64,000 bases of DNA from a virus, in the IMG/VR virus record IMGVR_UViG_3300043788_000023, positions 1 to 64,000 of that record. One strand, written 5' to 3'. Below are positions 17,501 to 24,371 of this stretch, one piece after another. Every line of letters begins with the position of its first letter. Position 1 is the stretch's first letter. The position numbers and the translations under genes were made by a program. The notes beneath the pieces are model-generated. The model was not told the DNA's origin, ran no database searches, and saw only the letters and a list, made by a program, of their open reading frames with translations.

Positions 17501-19505
17501 GAGCAAGTACGTGCTGCCCACTGCCCTCGCACTTACCGGGCTGGGTGTGGGCGCTCCGCCAGTGCATCCCGGCAAGGCGACCCCTCAACAGATTGAACAG
17601 CGTGAACAAGCGGAAACTCCGGTTGAACAGGAGAAACAACCTCTTGATCCTGCGGACGTGACGGCTGCGTTGCGCACCGCGTCAAAAGCCACGGGCATAC
17701 CGCTGGCTGTTCTCTCCGCTATTGCACACAACGAGACAAGCTACGGGCTGGACGTTTCCCAAGGCGGCAGCGGTTCAAACGGGTTCATGCAGATGACGCC
17801 GGACGCCCTCGCAGAAGTGAACAAGGTCTACGGCACTGACTACATCATTGAGGACATGGATGACCCGGATACCGCTGCACTTGCGGCTGCACAATACCTG
17901 CATATCCTCTTGAAGAAATTTAGCAGGAATCTGGACGCTACAATCGCCGCATACAACACCGGACCAGCGCATGTCAACAAGGTGCTGGCGGATTACGGCG
18001 AAGTCACGCCGGAGACTCTCGCTGCCGCTGGTCACCAGCTTACATCAACCTATCTCCAAAAAGCGAAAGCCCGTATGGCTCCCAAGACAGGGGAGTGGAT
18101 CAAGAAGGCAGCGGGTTTTGTGTTCAAATCCTTCAAGAAGCTGTGGCACGTTGGCACGATGAATCCGAAGGACAAGCGTGACGACAGCTACGAGGGCGCA
18201 GGGCTGTCTGTCAGCGTCAACCCCGACGAGTGGCAGATGATTGCGAAGATCGGCGGTGACCTGTGGGAACTCACCAAGGCTGGCAACAAGTTTGTCAACT
18301 TCCACCGTTTGAACAAGGCGCAGCGGAAGCAGATCGCAGACTGGGGCATCAAGAACGGGTACGCCCAGCCTGCGAGCCTCTGGCGGCACTCATGGTTTGA
18401 TGACGAACTTGACGACGTGCGCTACTCCGACTACGTCACGAAGGAAGAAGCTGAGGCTGAACTTGGCGGCTACGGCGGGGACGAGAAGGTTGAACCCGTG
18501 AAGGGTGGGCTTACAGCCACGCCCAAGCTATCGCAAAAGTCCAAGCGTGGCAAAATTGACCCGCTTGAGGTGATAGACCTGCTTGTGACGGCGTACGCCG
18601 AGGACGAGCTTGACTGCGACGGTGTATGGTGGGCTGACGACCTTGACCCTGACAATCTGTCAGCACCACGAGGCGTGATCTTCCCGTCCAAGCTCTCGTC
18701 ATGGAAAAAGAGGAAGGTACAGTCGGCAGCAAAGACCGCAGCGGAATGGAAGAAGCTACCCCCAACGGCCGAGTGGATTCAGAAGGCGAAGCTATTCCTA
18801 AAGGACAAATGGGCGGAACGGCACAAGGAGCTTCAGCGTGAGGGTGTGCCGACAGACCTCAAGGGCGCATGCAAGTTCGCCTCGCTGTTCGCTTACAAGC
18901 TCTTCGGTGGAAAGATGGTCGGCACGGCGGAACATCAAGCCCTAAGCTTGGGAGGCGGTACGATACTTGACTTGACAGACCTCTTCAACCCCAACACGTT
19001 CAGCCACGACAAGAAGTTTTGGATGAACCCAGAACATGCAGAGTCAATGAAGTCAGTTGAGCCTCGTGTGAACCAGTGGGTGGACGAGTTCTTCCAGAAG
19101 TATTGGCAGGACTACTTCAAAACCCACACCTCGGCGAAGGAAGTCTACCTGTACCATGGCACCAATGACGAGCGTGTCCCCAGCATTCTGAAGGATGGTA
19201 TGCCCGCAGGAAGTTATTGGGGTACGGCGGAAATGGCGGACTGGTTTGCCAAGGGAGCTTCGGAAGAAGAGGGCATGCCCGTAATCTTCCGTGTGCCGCT
19301 GAGTCGCTTCAACACGTCTGCTTTGGCGATAGACAACGTCGCCATTCAGGAACCAATCACCGAGGCTATTGGGCGGAACGAAGAGGAATTGTACGCAGAA
19401 TGGGAAGCTGTACCAGGTGAGGGGACGTGGCAGGACAGCCTCCGAATCTATCACTCTGTGAAGTACAACGCCCCTATGAAAGTCACTGAAAAAGACCTCC
19501 TGTAA
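11547..19505 (+). CDS. Giant polyvalent protein B (2652 aa): about 7 ART-like domains, 3 Cys-His modules, ParB-like, Nudix, GNAT, Zn ribbon, nucleotidyltransferase, SLT transglycosylase
   Basis: Repeated [WFY]YHGT/YHLS/WHVG ART starts and one YR..SSWS..EQE ART; Nudix GG..SAKKEMAEETG (~15120-15190); GS..DLD nucleotidyltransferase (~17185-17230); ETS..GFMQM..AAYNTG SLT (~17700-17965). GTG start overlaps the upstream TAG and has AAGGAG 8 nt upstream. Confidence 0.9.
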   Translation: MRWYHGTSKQNAEKILKEGVLKPGEHSVYREDVPRYDAVYLTSDWQIAKYYSEERGKDGVVLEIAANESKLMPDEDSVYDALHEGAVSLGGKANKRLGQAIREEWFKYWKSIDGEGDTFEEAWEAWSNVEAEGSSGIAEEMKALTEEIHEKNPALSKAIIKASGKAAHIGPAKVVGIAKKAAKKVKLVKTPGFVIEVPQERRTKFFVRPKAPLEYWAFKNRPRVFINEPLIFTFGGKPVAQAVVVRVEAPGKGEGEYKHWHKVYWKPTSFKKFKVTAAENPKVLYHLSRRTNRQSILKSGLLPLLKEYKDIERAPGVYFFQSLAAAKDYGFFHAQFINQATDIWECRIPEGYKLYRDPHPEMAEFDAWMSHDVLPPKNLKVVDTILVSNSTEDAPPRYKGTKASLLKSAKVKLPTFEQVVSKDPNNEFNLVNDYEHGVADMWEDRSLNNMREYYDEVAPKLANLKFPLTVYRCYALKEGNKVDYKSLGSSWSLSSRAAYLASHEMFNDEEYEQHKVITGVLQSPDGVDWVNTVRAWMTLPEEQEIRLKPGAQVKVQGKVRTATSKKFYHGTKKKNLEDIMKNGLKVAMSEAHTEWNHAIYLACDVYTAANYEGMHGGGEPWVIFEIDGRKLNEYYMRPDDYDFPDLWAQEGREENWAHQTWQTSLKMSCQIAYLADIPASAIKVYEGKTRFASGDDSELKGDMTENPDYYMTEGCGIYAVDFARKNGGEIYVLAAERGDQWSEEIPYEVTHAFVKKDGKTYDIRGERTPDKMAWELSMGEYSVKGPWTPDAFEAKFMGDTDDKPLFGNTAALGDQHHHADDIPTPLRTVLKRPAVIDWYSDSPDVAGKPKLIDIDPKTLLTDQATVSKSHLDKILANINKINEPTPSTSEEHSAHPMVLGTSEGDFIFDGNHRCAAALMKDLTIKVLYLDLTPIEDRVPELYLGEEDGTGVKSAAAKLPKGWRVTIKGEAVPGSPYPYYWGHLWKDNQFYGTCGVGSEYRDKAREAAIDWAWQASGQERPKTAAEDTQTFYHGTTWEAAKDIDKTGIKANKWKFGPGKFVWVTIHPGQAYEYGQSISWHELDQPERSAVVEFEWPYKESEPDPEHEPHGDMYRRIPSDIPRSAIRKIQWFEKGKIVKTANLKSADHVNEEGYWAGEGNAASGVLAVCPSKGTVCFAWRSSEVMSPNCWGTIGGAVQKDMSPQQSAKKEMAEETGYSGGITLTPAYVFTDRGFSYHNFIGVVSNEFTFNPSEGFGWETDHIVWVPYQEALEDMQANPGDYHPGVLKLFANSKDVIERALKIKKTAWKEIAWSDKEGDLMGGILESAADLKAWASPSMDDELFAMYMEMFKRKRVAVIDAMNAWNPGQGKGTEMLERFIAEARAKNCDAIVLESGNAPNQFDIHAWYQEYGFRDFGTADGMPLMVKWLKPGKKKSADEEIIKSVTPEIDKPYIDEGEWQRINKWLISLQWRGRNPWYPEKFPWFCIRLFSDGWVASNDLMKETLAEGKDLASLKKYLSEFAKEYRTSLDALRTPPYKTLDMQTDALTKRGAFDPSWMKRWVEGDCWLFALALSHRMPDATFVGLEKKNVVHHVGLKKGDRYFDVRGEMEADEFNYGADADEPYEIVPMDYEQVMRDGEYSSWIGHEDEFNALPEMKQAEKAVRRVFGQRKDAAGVMESRQPCPSGKRKFYDERSAIGPHKKWDEGTPNLRAYQCPKCGWWHLTSKPQRQPVMAGEFDESNRLYEESVANEGKAPQNRGLYEGKPFWSGIADVADGSIIEVHTYEEAERGDFHHSFYVSHSSQQMMKEGDYAFFWIDEDGGRSAVQVEWPTANQDVKIPPDLAKRISSHIQFRKTAAAHTPEYAQKLIETLKQTVHEADFRVIGSVGAGGTSENDLDIMVDIHPNAAFDDDKAWIETSGLVGAMKLMGFDNIDTSEFSPEESVEKSETSGKYLDPQGSSIEKFFNPTTHHTVEFWFAESGMEKEADWKSKYVLPTALALTGLGVGAPPVHPGKATPQQIEQREQAETPVEQEKQPLDPADVTAALRTASKATGIPLAVLSAIAHNETSYGLDVSQGGSGSNGFMQMTPDALAEVNKVYGTDYIIEDMDDPDTAALAAAQYLHILLKKFSRNLDATIAAYNTGPAHVNKVLADYGEVTPETLAAAGHQLTSTYLQKAKARMAPKTGEWIKKAAGFVFKSFKKLWHVGTMNPKDKRDDSYEGAGLSVSVNPDEWQMIAKIGGDLWELTKAGNKFVNFHRLNKAQRKQIADWGIKNGYAQPASLWRHSWFDDELDDVRYSDYVTKEEAEAELGGYGGDEKVEPVKGGLTATPKLSQKSKRGKIDPLEVIDLLVTAYAEDELDCDGVWWADDLDPDNLSAPRGVIFPSKLSSWKKRKVQSAAKTAAEWKKLPPTAEWIQKAKLFLKDKWAERHKELQREGVPTDLKGACKFASLFAYKLFGGKMVGTAEHQALSLGGGTILDLTDLFNPNTFSHDKKFWMNPEHAESMKSVEPRVNQWVDEFFQKYWQDYFKTHTSAKEVYLYHGTNDERVPSILKDGMPAGSYWGTAEMADWFAKGASEEEGMPVIFRVPLSRFNTSALAIDNVAIQEPITEAIGRNEEELYAEWEAVPGEGTWQDSLRIYHSVKYNAPMKVTEKDLL

Positions 19506-19613
19506 TTTTCATGAAATTTTGTCAAGCACTTTATTTTCAAGTCGGAAATAAAAGACTTATCCCCCAAAAACCCGCATAAACACTGCCTAAAACGCATACC
19601 TCAAAAACGAGTA

Positions 19614-19622
19614 TGATATAAT
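19614..19622 (+). promoter_or_regulatory. Extended -10 promoter TGaTATAAT
   Basis: In an AT-rich intergenic gap; followed by GAGGAGG RBS and ATG 19656. Confidence 0.6.
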
Positions 19623-19655
19623 GGTGTTGTAGTACAAACTTGAAGAGGAGGAAAC

Positions 19656-19898
19656 ATGACTCACCTTACCAAGCGGAAATCACGGCTGGTCTTTACAACC
19701 GCCGACACTGTGCGGTATAAGGGACGTGACCGGGAGATCGTGATAGAGGTCTCGCCGTTCATCGCAACGTGCAGGCTAGCGGGTACCCGCACCCGTTACG
19801 AGATGTCGTGGTCGGGTATCTTCGCCCATGCCGCCCGTGTGTTCGCTGACAAGATTCGTGCGGAACGCAAGGCGAAAAGGAAAGGAGGAAGCCGATGA
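19656..19898 (+). CDS. Hypothetical basic protein
   Basis: Strong RBS; ATGA overlap with the next gene. Confidence 0.75.
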   Translation: MTHLTKRKSRLVFTTADTVRYKGRDREIVIEVSPFIATCRLAGTRTRYEMSWSGIFAHAARVFADKIRAERKAKRKGGSR

Positions 19899-20357
19899 AG
19901 GTCAGGCGTGGAGAGCGCAGCAACACATTCTGCGGCCCGGCAGCGTTGTCGCTGATCACTGGGAAGCATGTGGACAAGTGCGTGGAACAAGTCCACGAGT
20001 ACCGTGACGGTCTGGGCAAGCGCCGCAACGTGCGGGGCATGAGCAACTGGGAGATGACTTGGGGTGCTTGGCCGCATGGGGTTCCAGCAGAGTAAGCTTA
20101 ATGTGCCTAAGCAGAACCCGACCCTCGTTGCGCTCATGCGCTGGATCAAGAGGCAGGATTTCTGGGACGCAAAGAACGTCTACTTGGTCAACGTCACGGG
20201 GCACTACGTGGTCATGAAGGGCATCAAACTCTTTGACAACCGCAACCCCGAGGGCATCTTCTTCGGCAGGTACGAGCATCGCCGCTGGCGAGTGAAGCAC
20301 GTCTGGGAGGTCATGCGGCGAGACGCCTGTCCAGTTCCCGCTGCGTCTTACCGTTAA
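19895..20357 (+). pseudogene. Papain-fold (C39-like) peptidase split by a 1-nt frameshift
   Basis: FCGPAALS in ORF 19895-20095 and YLVNVTGHYVV in ORF 20064-20357; removing one G from GGGG at 20061-20064 joins them in frame. Confidence 0.6.
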
Positions 20358-21012
20358 CTTGGCGCTTGCTGGTCACGTCTCTGGTGTATTCGGGGAGGGG
20401 AATGCGAACGATCTTGATCTCGCCATTCTCCTCCACCAAGTCCTCGTAGGAATTCTTGAACGTGTAGTGCTTGGTTTCAAACGCAAACCAGAAGCCTTCA
20501 ATCTTCTCGTACCAGTGATCGGCATCCACGGCGATCCTCGGGTTCGCCCTCTTGGCGGGCGGTTCCTTGATCTTGTGGCGCTTCCGCCAAGCGGCGTACT
20601 CGGCACGGCGTTCCGCCTCAGTCTGCTTGCGTGCTTCCTGTAAGGTGCCATCCTTGTCCACGAAGAACGGGCCGTAGCGACGGTTGTGTCCGACGCCGAA
20701 GTTGTTGGGTACGACGTAAGACCAAACGTGTTGCCGGAGGTGGTAGCCACGGATCGTGCGGGCGTCTGCGAACTCGCAGATTTCAGCGTACACCTTCGCC
20801 CACGGGCGTCCACAGTTCGCCTTCAGGAACCTGCGGAGCGGGTTGAGGCGGTCGCCCTGCCCCTTGCCGCCGCAACGGCTGCGGGAGGACGGCAGGCGCT
20901 TGGGCAGGCTATCGGGATCGCAACTCTTGACCTTGGCACGGGAGAAAACCCCCCTGTCGGAGCCGCCGTTGCGCCCAGTGTCCAGCAGTAAATCTTTCAT
21001 GTCCTTTCTCAC
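20311..21012 (-). CDS. Hypothetical protein
   Basis: 233-aa ORF packed in a minus-strand operon with AAGGAG RBS. Confidence 0.75.
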   Translation of the reverse strand: MRKDMKDLLLDTGRNGGSDRGVFSRAKVKSCDPDSLPKRLPSSRSRCGGKGQGDRLNPLRRFLKANCGRPWAKVYAEICEFADARTIRGYHLRQHVWSYVVPNNFGVGHNRRYGPFFVDKDGTLQEARKQTEAERRAEYAAWRKRHKIKEPPAKRANPRIAVDADHWYEKIEGFWFAFETKHYTFKNSYEDLVEENGEIKIVRIPLPEYTRDVTSKRQVNGKTQRELDRRLAA

Positions 21013-21015
21013 GTC

Positions 21016-21597
21016 TTACTTCTCCTTTTTCTCCAGTCCGAGACGCTTCATCGTCCGTCCTATGTCCTTGCAATCCGCACACTCGGGCTTTCCGCAGTAG
21101 CCGTCGCGTCCTTTCTCCTTGTAGTCCCCGTACTTCTTGCGGACGTTCTTAGCCAGCCGGATCAAGCCCTCGTCAAAGGTCGTGCCCCCGGTGTCCAAGT
21201 CAACGTCGTGGTAGTGATGCCTCACCGTCACGGTGTCCCAGTCAGCCATCGGCTTCTTCCCGCCAGAGTAGGAGTAGCCGTACTCCAGCGGACCGAACTC
21301 CAGCCAGCACTCCACGTGCTTGTTCTTGCTGTCGTCCTCAACCACCGTCCCGTGACCGCCCGGCTTGTTGGTCTTGGCGTAGTGGATGCTGAGGTTCTCT
21401 TCTAGCGCGTGGCGGTGCAAGTGCCGATACATCCGGTAGCACTTGCCGCCGACATCACGGGTGATCCAGAAGCCTTCGGCTTCCAGCTTGTCAGCTTCCT
21501 TGGGCGTGACCTCGTGCCGTTCGGGGAGCTTGAGCTTCGGGTGCTCGTAGAGAAACCACCATGCTTCGTAAGCGTTACCGATCTTGTGTTTTGCCAT
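21016..21597 (-). CDS. Hypothetical protein
   Basis: 193-aa ORF with AGGAG RBS; C-terminal Cys cluster. Confidence 0.75.
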   Translation of the reverse strand: MAKHKIGNAYEAWWFLYEHPKLKLPERHEVTPKEADKLEAEGFWITRDVGGKCYRMYRHLHRHALEENLSIHYAKTNKPGGHGTVVEDDSKNKHVECWLEFGPLEYGYSYSGGKKPMADWDTVTVRHHYHDVDLDTGGTTFDEGLIRLAKNVRKKYGDYKEKGRDGYCGKPECADCKDIGRTMKRLGLEKKEK

Positions 21598-21714
21598 AGT
21601 CCTTCAACTCCTTCTTAGCCTTTGTGCGCACCTTGCGCCAAAACTGTTTCTTAAGTTTGGGGCGAAGATGCTTCGCCCATTCCGTAGGTACTCCACCAAA
21701 TGGTTTGCCCATGA

Positions 21715-22383
21715 TCAGTCCCAGAGCGAGCCGTAATGCTCAACGAAGAGCTTCATGCCCTCTTGGAAGATTTTCTCGTCACGCTCTTCAAGTAGACGGG
21801 AAGCCTTCATGCGGTCGTCGCGCACCTTTTCCCAGTCTTCCTTGCTAACGCCCTCGGGGCGACGCAGCGGGTACTCCCCGAGTTCCTCTTCGTAGAGTCC
21901 CTCGTCCATGCGGCGGTGCGCCTCAAAGGCAGCGACCATCTTGTCCATGATCGCGTCCCAGCGAGCCTCGGCGATGGCATACTCTGGCTTGTCGTGGTAG
22001 CCCTCGTCGTTCATGGGCAGGCCGTCAAACATGGAGCACGGGATGCCGTGCTTCTTCTCCTTGAGCAGACGGAGAACGCCCGGCATCATGTTGTCAAGCC
22101 ACCAGTCAACGCTCCACGCGGCACGGTCGTCCCAGCCACGAGTGAGACGCTGGTGGGCGAACTTGATCTCACGGTAAACGTCACGGGGGTTGCAGAGCCA
22201 GTGATTGACCCAGAAACGGCGGACGCCCCAGTACACACGAGTGCGCAGGGGATCAACCTCGGGGTTCTTGTCGAAGATGTCTTCGAATGGGATGAGACGG
22301 AAATCGTCCGAGACCGGACGATAGGGTTCATTGCGCAGCCAGAAGTCTAGGCGACGCAGTAGTGCCTTGAGTGTTGGGTACAT
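21715..22383 (-). CDS. Hypothetical phage protein
   Basis: 222-aa ORF, AAGGAGG RBS, protein-like composition. Confidence 0.75.
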   Translation of the reverse strand: MYPTLKALLRRLDFWLRNEPYRPVSDDFRLIPFEDIFDKNPEVDPLRTRVYWGVRRFWVNHWLCNPRDVYREIKFAHQRLTRGWDDRAAWSVDWWLDNMMPGVLRLLKEKKHGIPCSMFDGLPMNDEGYHDKPEYAIAEARWDAIMDKMVAAFEAHRRMDEGLYEEELGEYPLRRPEGVSKEDWEKVRDDRMKASRLLEERDEKIFQEGMKLFVEHYGSLWD

Positions 22384-22467
22384 GACAGTTAGTGCCCTCC
22401 TTAGGGTTCACTATAGAAATCTAATTGTCATGTGCTCCTCAAGAGGGGAAGTGTCCCCGTGCGTTCT

Positions 22468-22497
22468 ATAATACTGCGGCAAAGTCCAAAAAGTCAA
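22468..22497 (-). promoter_or_regulatory. Sigma70-like promoter TTGACT-N18-TATTAT
   Basis: Direct read, just downstream of the terminator; overlaps a CAGTATT motif. Confidence 0.55.
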
Positions 22498-22525
22498 GAA
22501 AAATGGGGCGGGAGATTCCCGCCCC
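22496..22525 (-). terminator. Intrinsic terminator
   Basis: GGGGCGGGA/TCCCGCCCC stem followed by ATTTTTCTT on the minus strand, downstream of the glycosyltransferase gene. Confidence 0.75.
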
Positions 22526-22603
22526 TGAAAGCCTCGGTGTCCACCCCACCTGAGGTCGAGCCGAAGCGCGGTATAAACCTGCTGTTATCAAAGAATCCGG
22601 TAG

Positions 22604-23530
22604 TTACATGGAACGGCGGCGTGGGTGCTTGTGGTGCCCGACTACTGGTTCCCCGTGCTTACCCTCATTCACCAGCTTCCGCATCCTCTCCGGGTTCCTG
22701 TACGCACCGTAGTACTGTCCTGCCAGCTTGTCGTTGGCTCCCGGCTCGCCCTGCCCTGCCCACATGCGTTCCTTCCAATGGACTTGAGCCTTGGTGCCTT
22801 CCGGGCCGATCTGTGGGTGCCAGACGTGCAGGACGTGCCCCGGCAGGGTCATGTGCAGCCCATACAGCGTGTCCATGGCACGCATGGCGGCATGATCCTC
22901 ACCGCCCCACCCACGGAACCTCTCGTCCCATCCGCCCACCGCTTCAAACGCCTCACGGGGGCAAATTTGAATCATCGCCCCGTACCAGTGACCCACGGTC
23001 GGATCGGTGTCGCCGAGAATGAACTCCTGCGGCAGCGGTTCGGGAAACTTGAGCGGCTTCTTGGGGTGAGACTGGAGCAAGGACTGGGATGCCGCTTCCG
23101 TCAGGCGGAAGAATTTGCGGTACGGCACAAACCAGAGCTTGCGTCCCCGCTTGCGTGCGTCCCTGATCTCCTTCGCACAGTGAAGGACGGAATCAGCCGA
23201 GATGTACCCGTCTGCGTCTACGATTACGAAGATGTCACCGCTTGCCTTGCTCGCTGCGTCGTTTACTGCCACGGACTTTGAAAAAGGAGCATCGGCGGCT
23301 TGCGGGTCTTTGCCGATGATAATCTCTGCGCCGGGAAGCTGCGCCTTCCAGTACCTCTTCAGCCACACGACATTCCTGAGTCGCTGAATTTGATCAACGT
23401 TGGCACGGAAGGGAATGAGTATGCTGATACCTTGCCCCTTGCGCCTGCTGAAAGCGAGCTTCACTCCGGCTGCCAAGACACCAACCAGTGCGATAATTTC
23501 TCCAGTGATCATAATGGTCTCGTGTGTCAT
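22604..23530 (-). CDS. Glycosyltransferase (GT-A fold, GT2/GT7-like) with N-terminal membrane anchor
   Basis: ISILIPFR, FSKSVAVN, DADG (DxD), GGWDERFRGWGGED motifs. Confidence 0.85.
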   Translation of the reverse strand: MTHETIMITGEIIALVGVLAAGVKLAFSRRKGQGISILIPFRANVDQIQRLRNVVWLKRYWKAQLPGAEIIIGKDPQAADAPFSKSVAVNDAASKASGDIFVIVDADGYISADSVLHCAKEIRDARKRGRKLWFVPYRKFFRLTEAASQSLLQSHPKKPLKFPEPLPQEFILGDTDPTVGHWYGAMIQICPREAFEAVGGWDERFRGWGGEDHAAMRAMDTLYGLHMTLPGHVLHVWHPQIGPEGTKAQVHWKERMWAGQGEPGANDKLAGQYYGAYRNPERMRKLVNEGKHGEPVVGHHKHPRRRSM

Positions 23531-24297
23531 TTCAGTTCCCTGCTTAGTGCGCGGAAAGCGTCGAACACTTGAAACTTGACGTCCTCCACTCGGAAGCGTG
23601 ATGCTTCCGCCATTTTACCGATCTCCCACTTCGTCTGAATGGAGGCGCTGTAATCTCTGAACTTGAAGTCTCCACCATCTTTGATGTTCGCCTTTGACAT
23701 TTCGACTCGGCGAGGTAAACCAAAAGCGTCTGCCACGATCATACCATGGAGCGATGAGGTCACAATCCGTCTGCAAGACCCGATCTGCCTGAGAACATCC
23801 AACACATCGTCGCCGGGATTGATGACCTTGATGACGGTGCCCGGAGGCATGAGCTTCTGGAACCTCGGGACAAGTTCATCGTCCGTGAAGTGCGGCAAAA
23901 TCCCCAAATCCCAAAGCTTCGGCTGCGCTCCCACAAGTTCGTCGGCGAGAATGCCGGGGTCGCCCAACGGGTAGTCGCCGGGAATCACACGGGCAGTCAG
24001 CGGGCCACGGAGCGCCAAGATTTGGGCAGTGATGCCGGACTTCATCTGGTGAACTTGTAGCCGTGAGTTCTCGTGCAGCATTCCAGAGCCAAGAATATAG
24101 CCATCCCACAGCGGTGGAATGTGCTCAAGGATTGACCCGATAGACGCGACCTGTGCGTGCGATACCGTGTCCCATTCAACGCGAATGTCTGCAAACCGTT
24201 CCAGCAAAAGGGGGGCTAGGGCGTCGCCGAAGTTCGGTACCTCGCGCCACCAGTATGCCTTTATGACTTTAGATTTGAAAGGGTTTCTGAGGAACAT
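23527..24297 (-). CDS. Polysaccharide pyruvyl transferase (ExoV-like)
   Basis: NFGD, RGPLT, GDPG and SSLHGMIVADAFG motifs. Confidence 0.85.
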   Translation of the reverse strand: MFLRNPFKSKVIKAYWWREVPNFGDALAPLLLERFADIRVEWDTVSHAQVASIGSILEHIPPLWDGYILGSGMLHENSRLQVHQMKSGITAQILALRGPLTARVIPGDYPLGDPGILADELVGAQPKLWDLGILPHFTDDELVPRFQKLMPPGTVIKVINPGDDVLDVLRQIGSCRRIVTSSLHGMIVADAFGLPRRVEMSKANIKDGGDFKFRDYSASIQTKWEIGKMAEASRFRVEDVKFQVFDAFRALSRELK

Positions 24298-24309
24298 CGC
24301 GTTCCGCCT

Positions 24310-24329
24310 CTGTTAACGGAACGCGCAGC
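24310..24329 (-). promoter_or_regulatory. Putative late-promoter motif GCTGCGCGTTCCGTTAACAG
   Basis: Fits the 20-nt motif, 12 nt before ATG 24297. Confidence 0.45.
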
Positions 24330-24371
24330 CTCAAAAATTTTTGACTTGCAAGAGGGTATGTCTGAGGGAGT

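Noticed and set aside
22412-22432. Six-codon ORF (MTIRFL) with GAGGAG RBS on the minus strand as a leader peptide
   Set aside because: Too short to support without conservation data.
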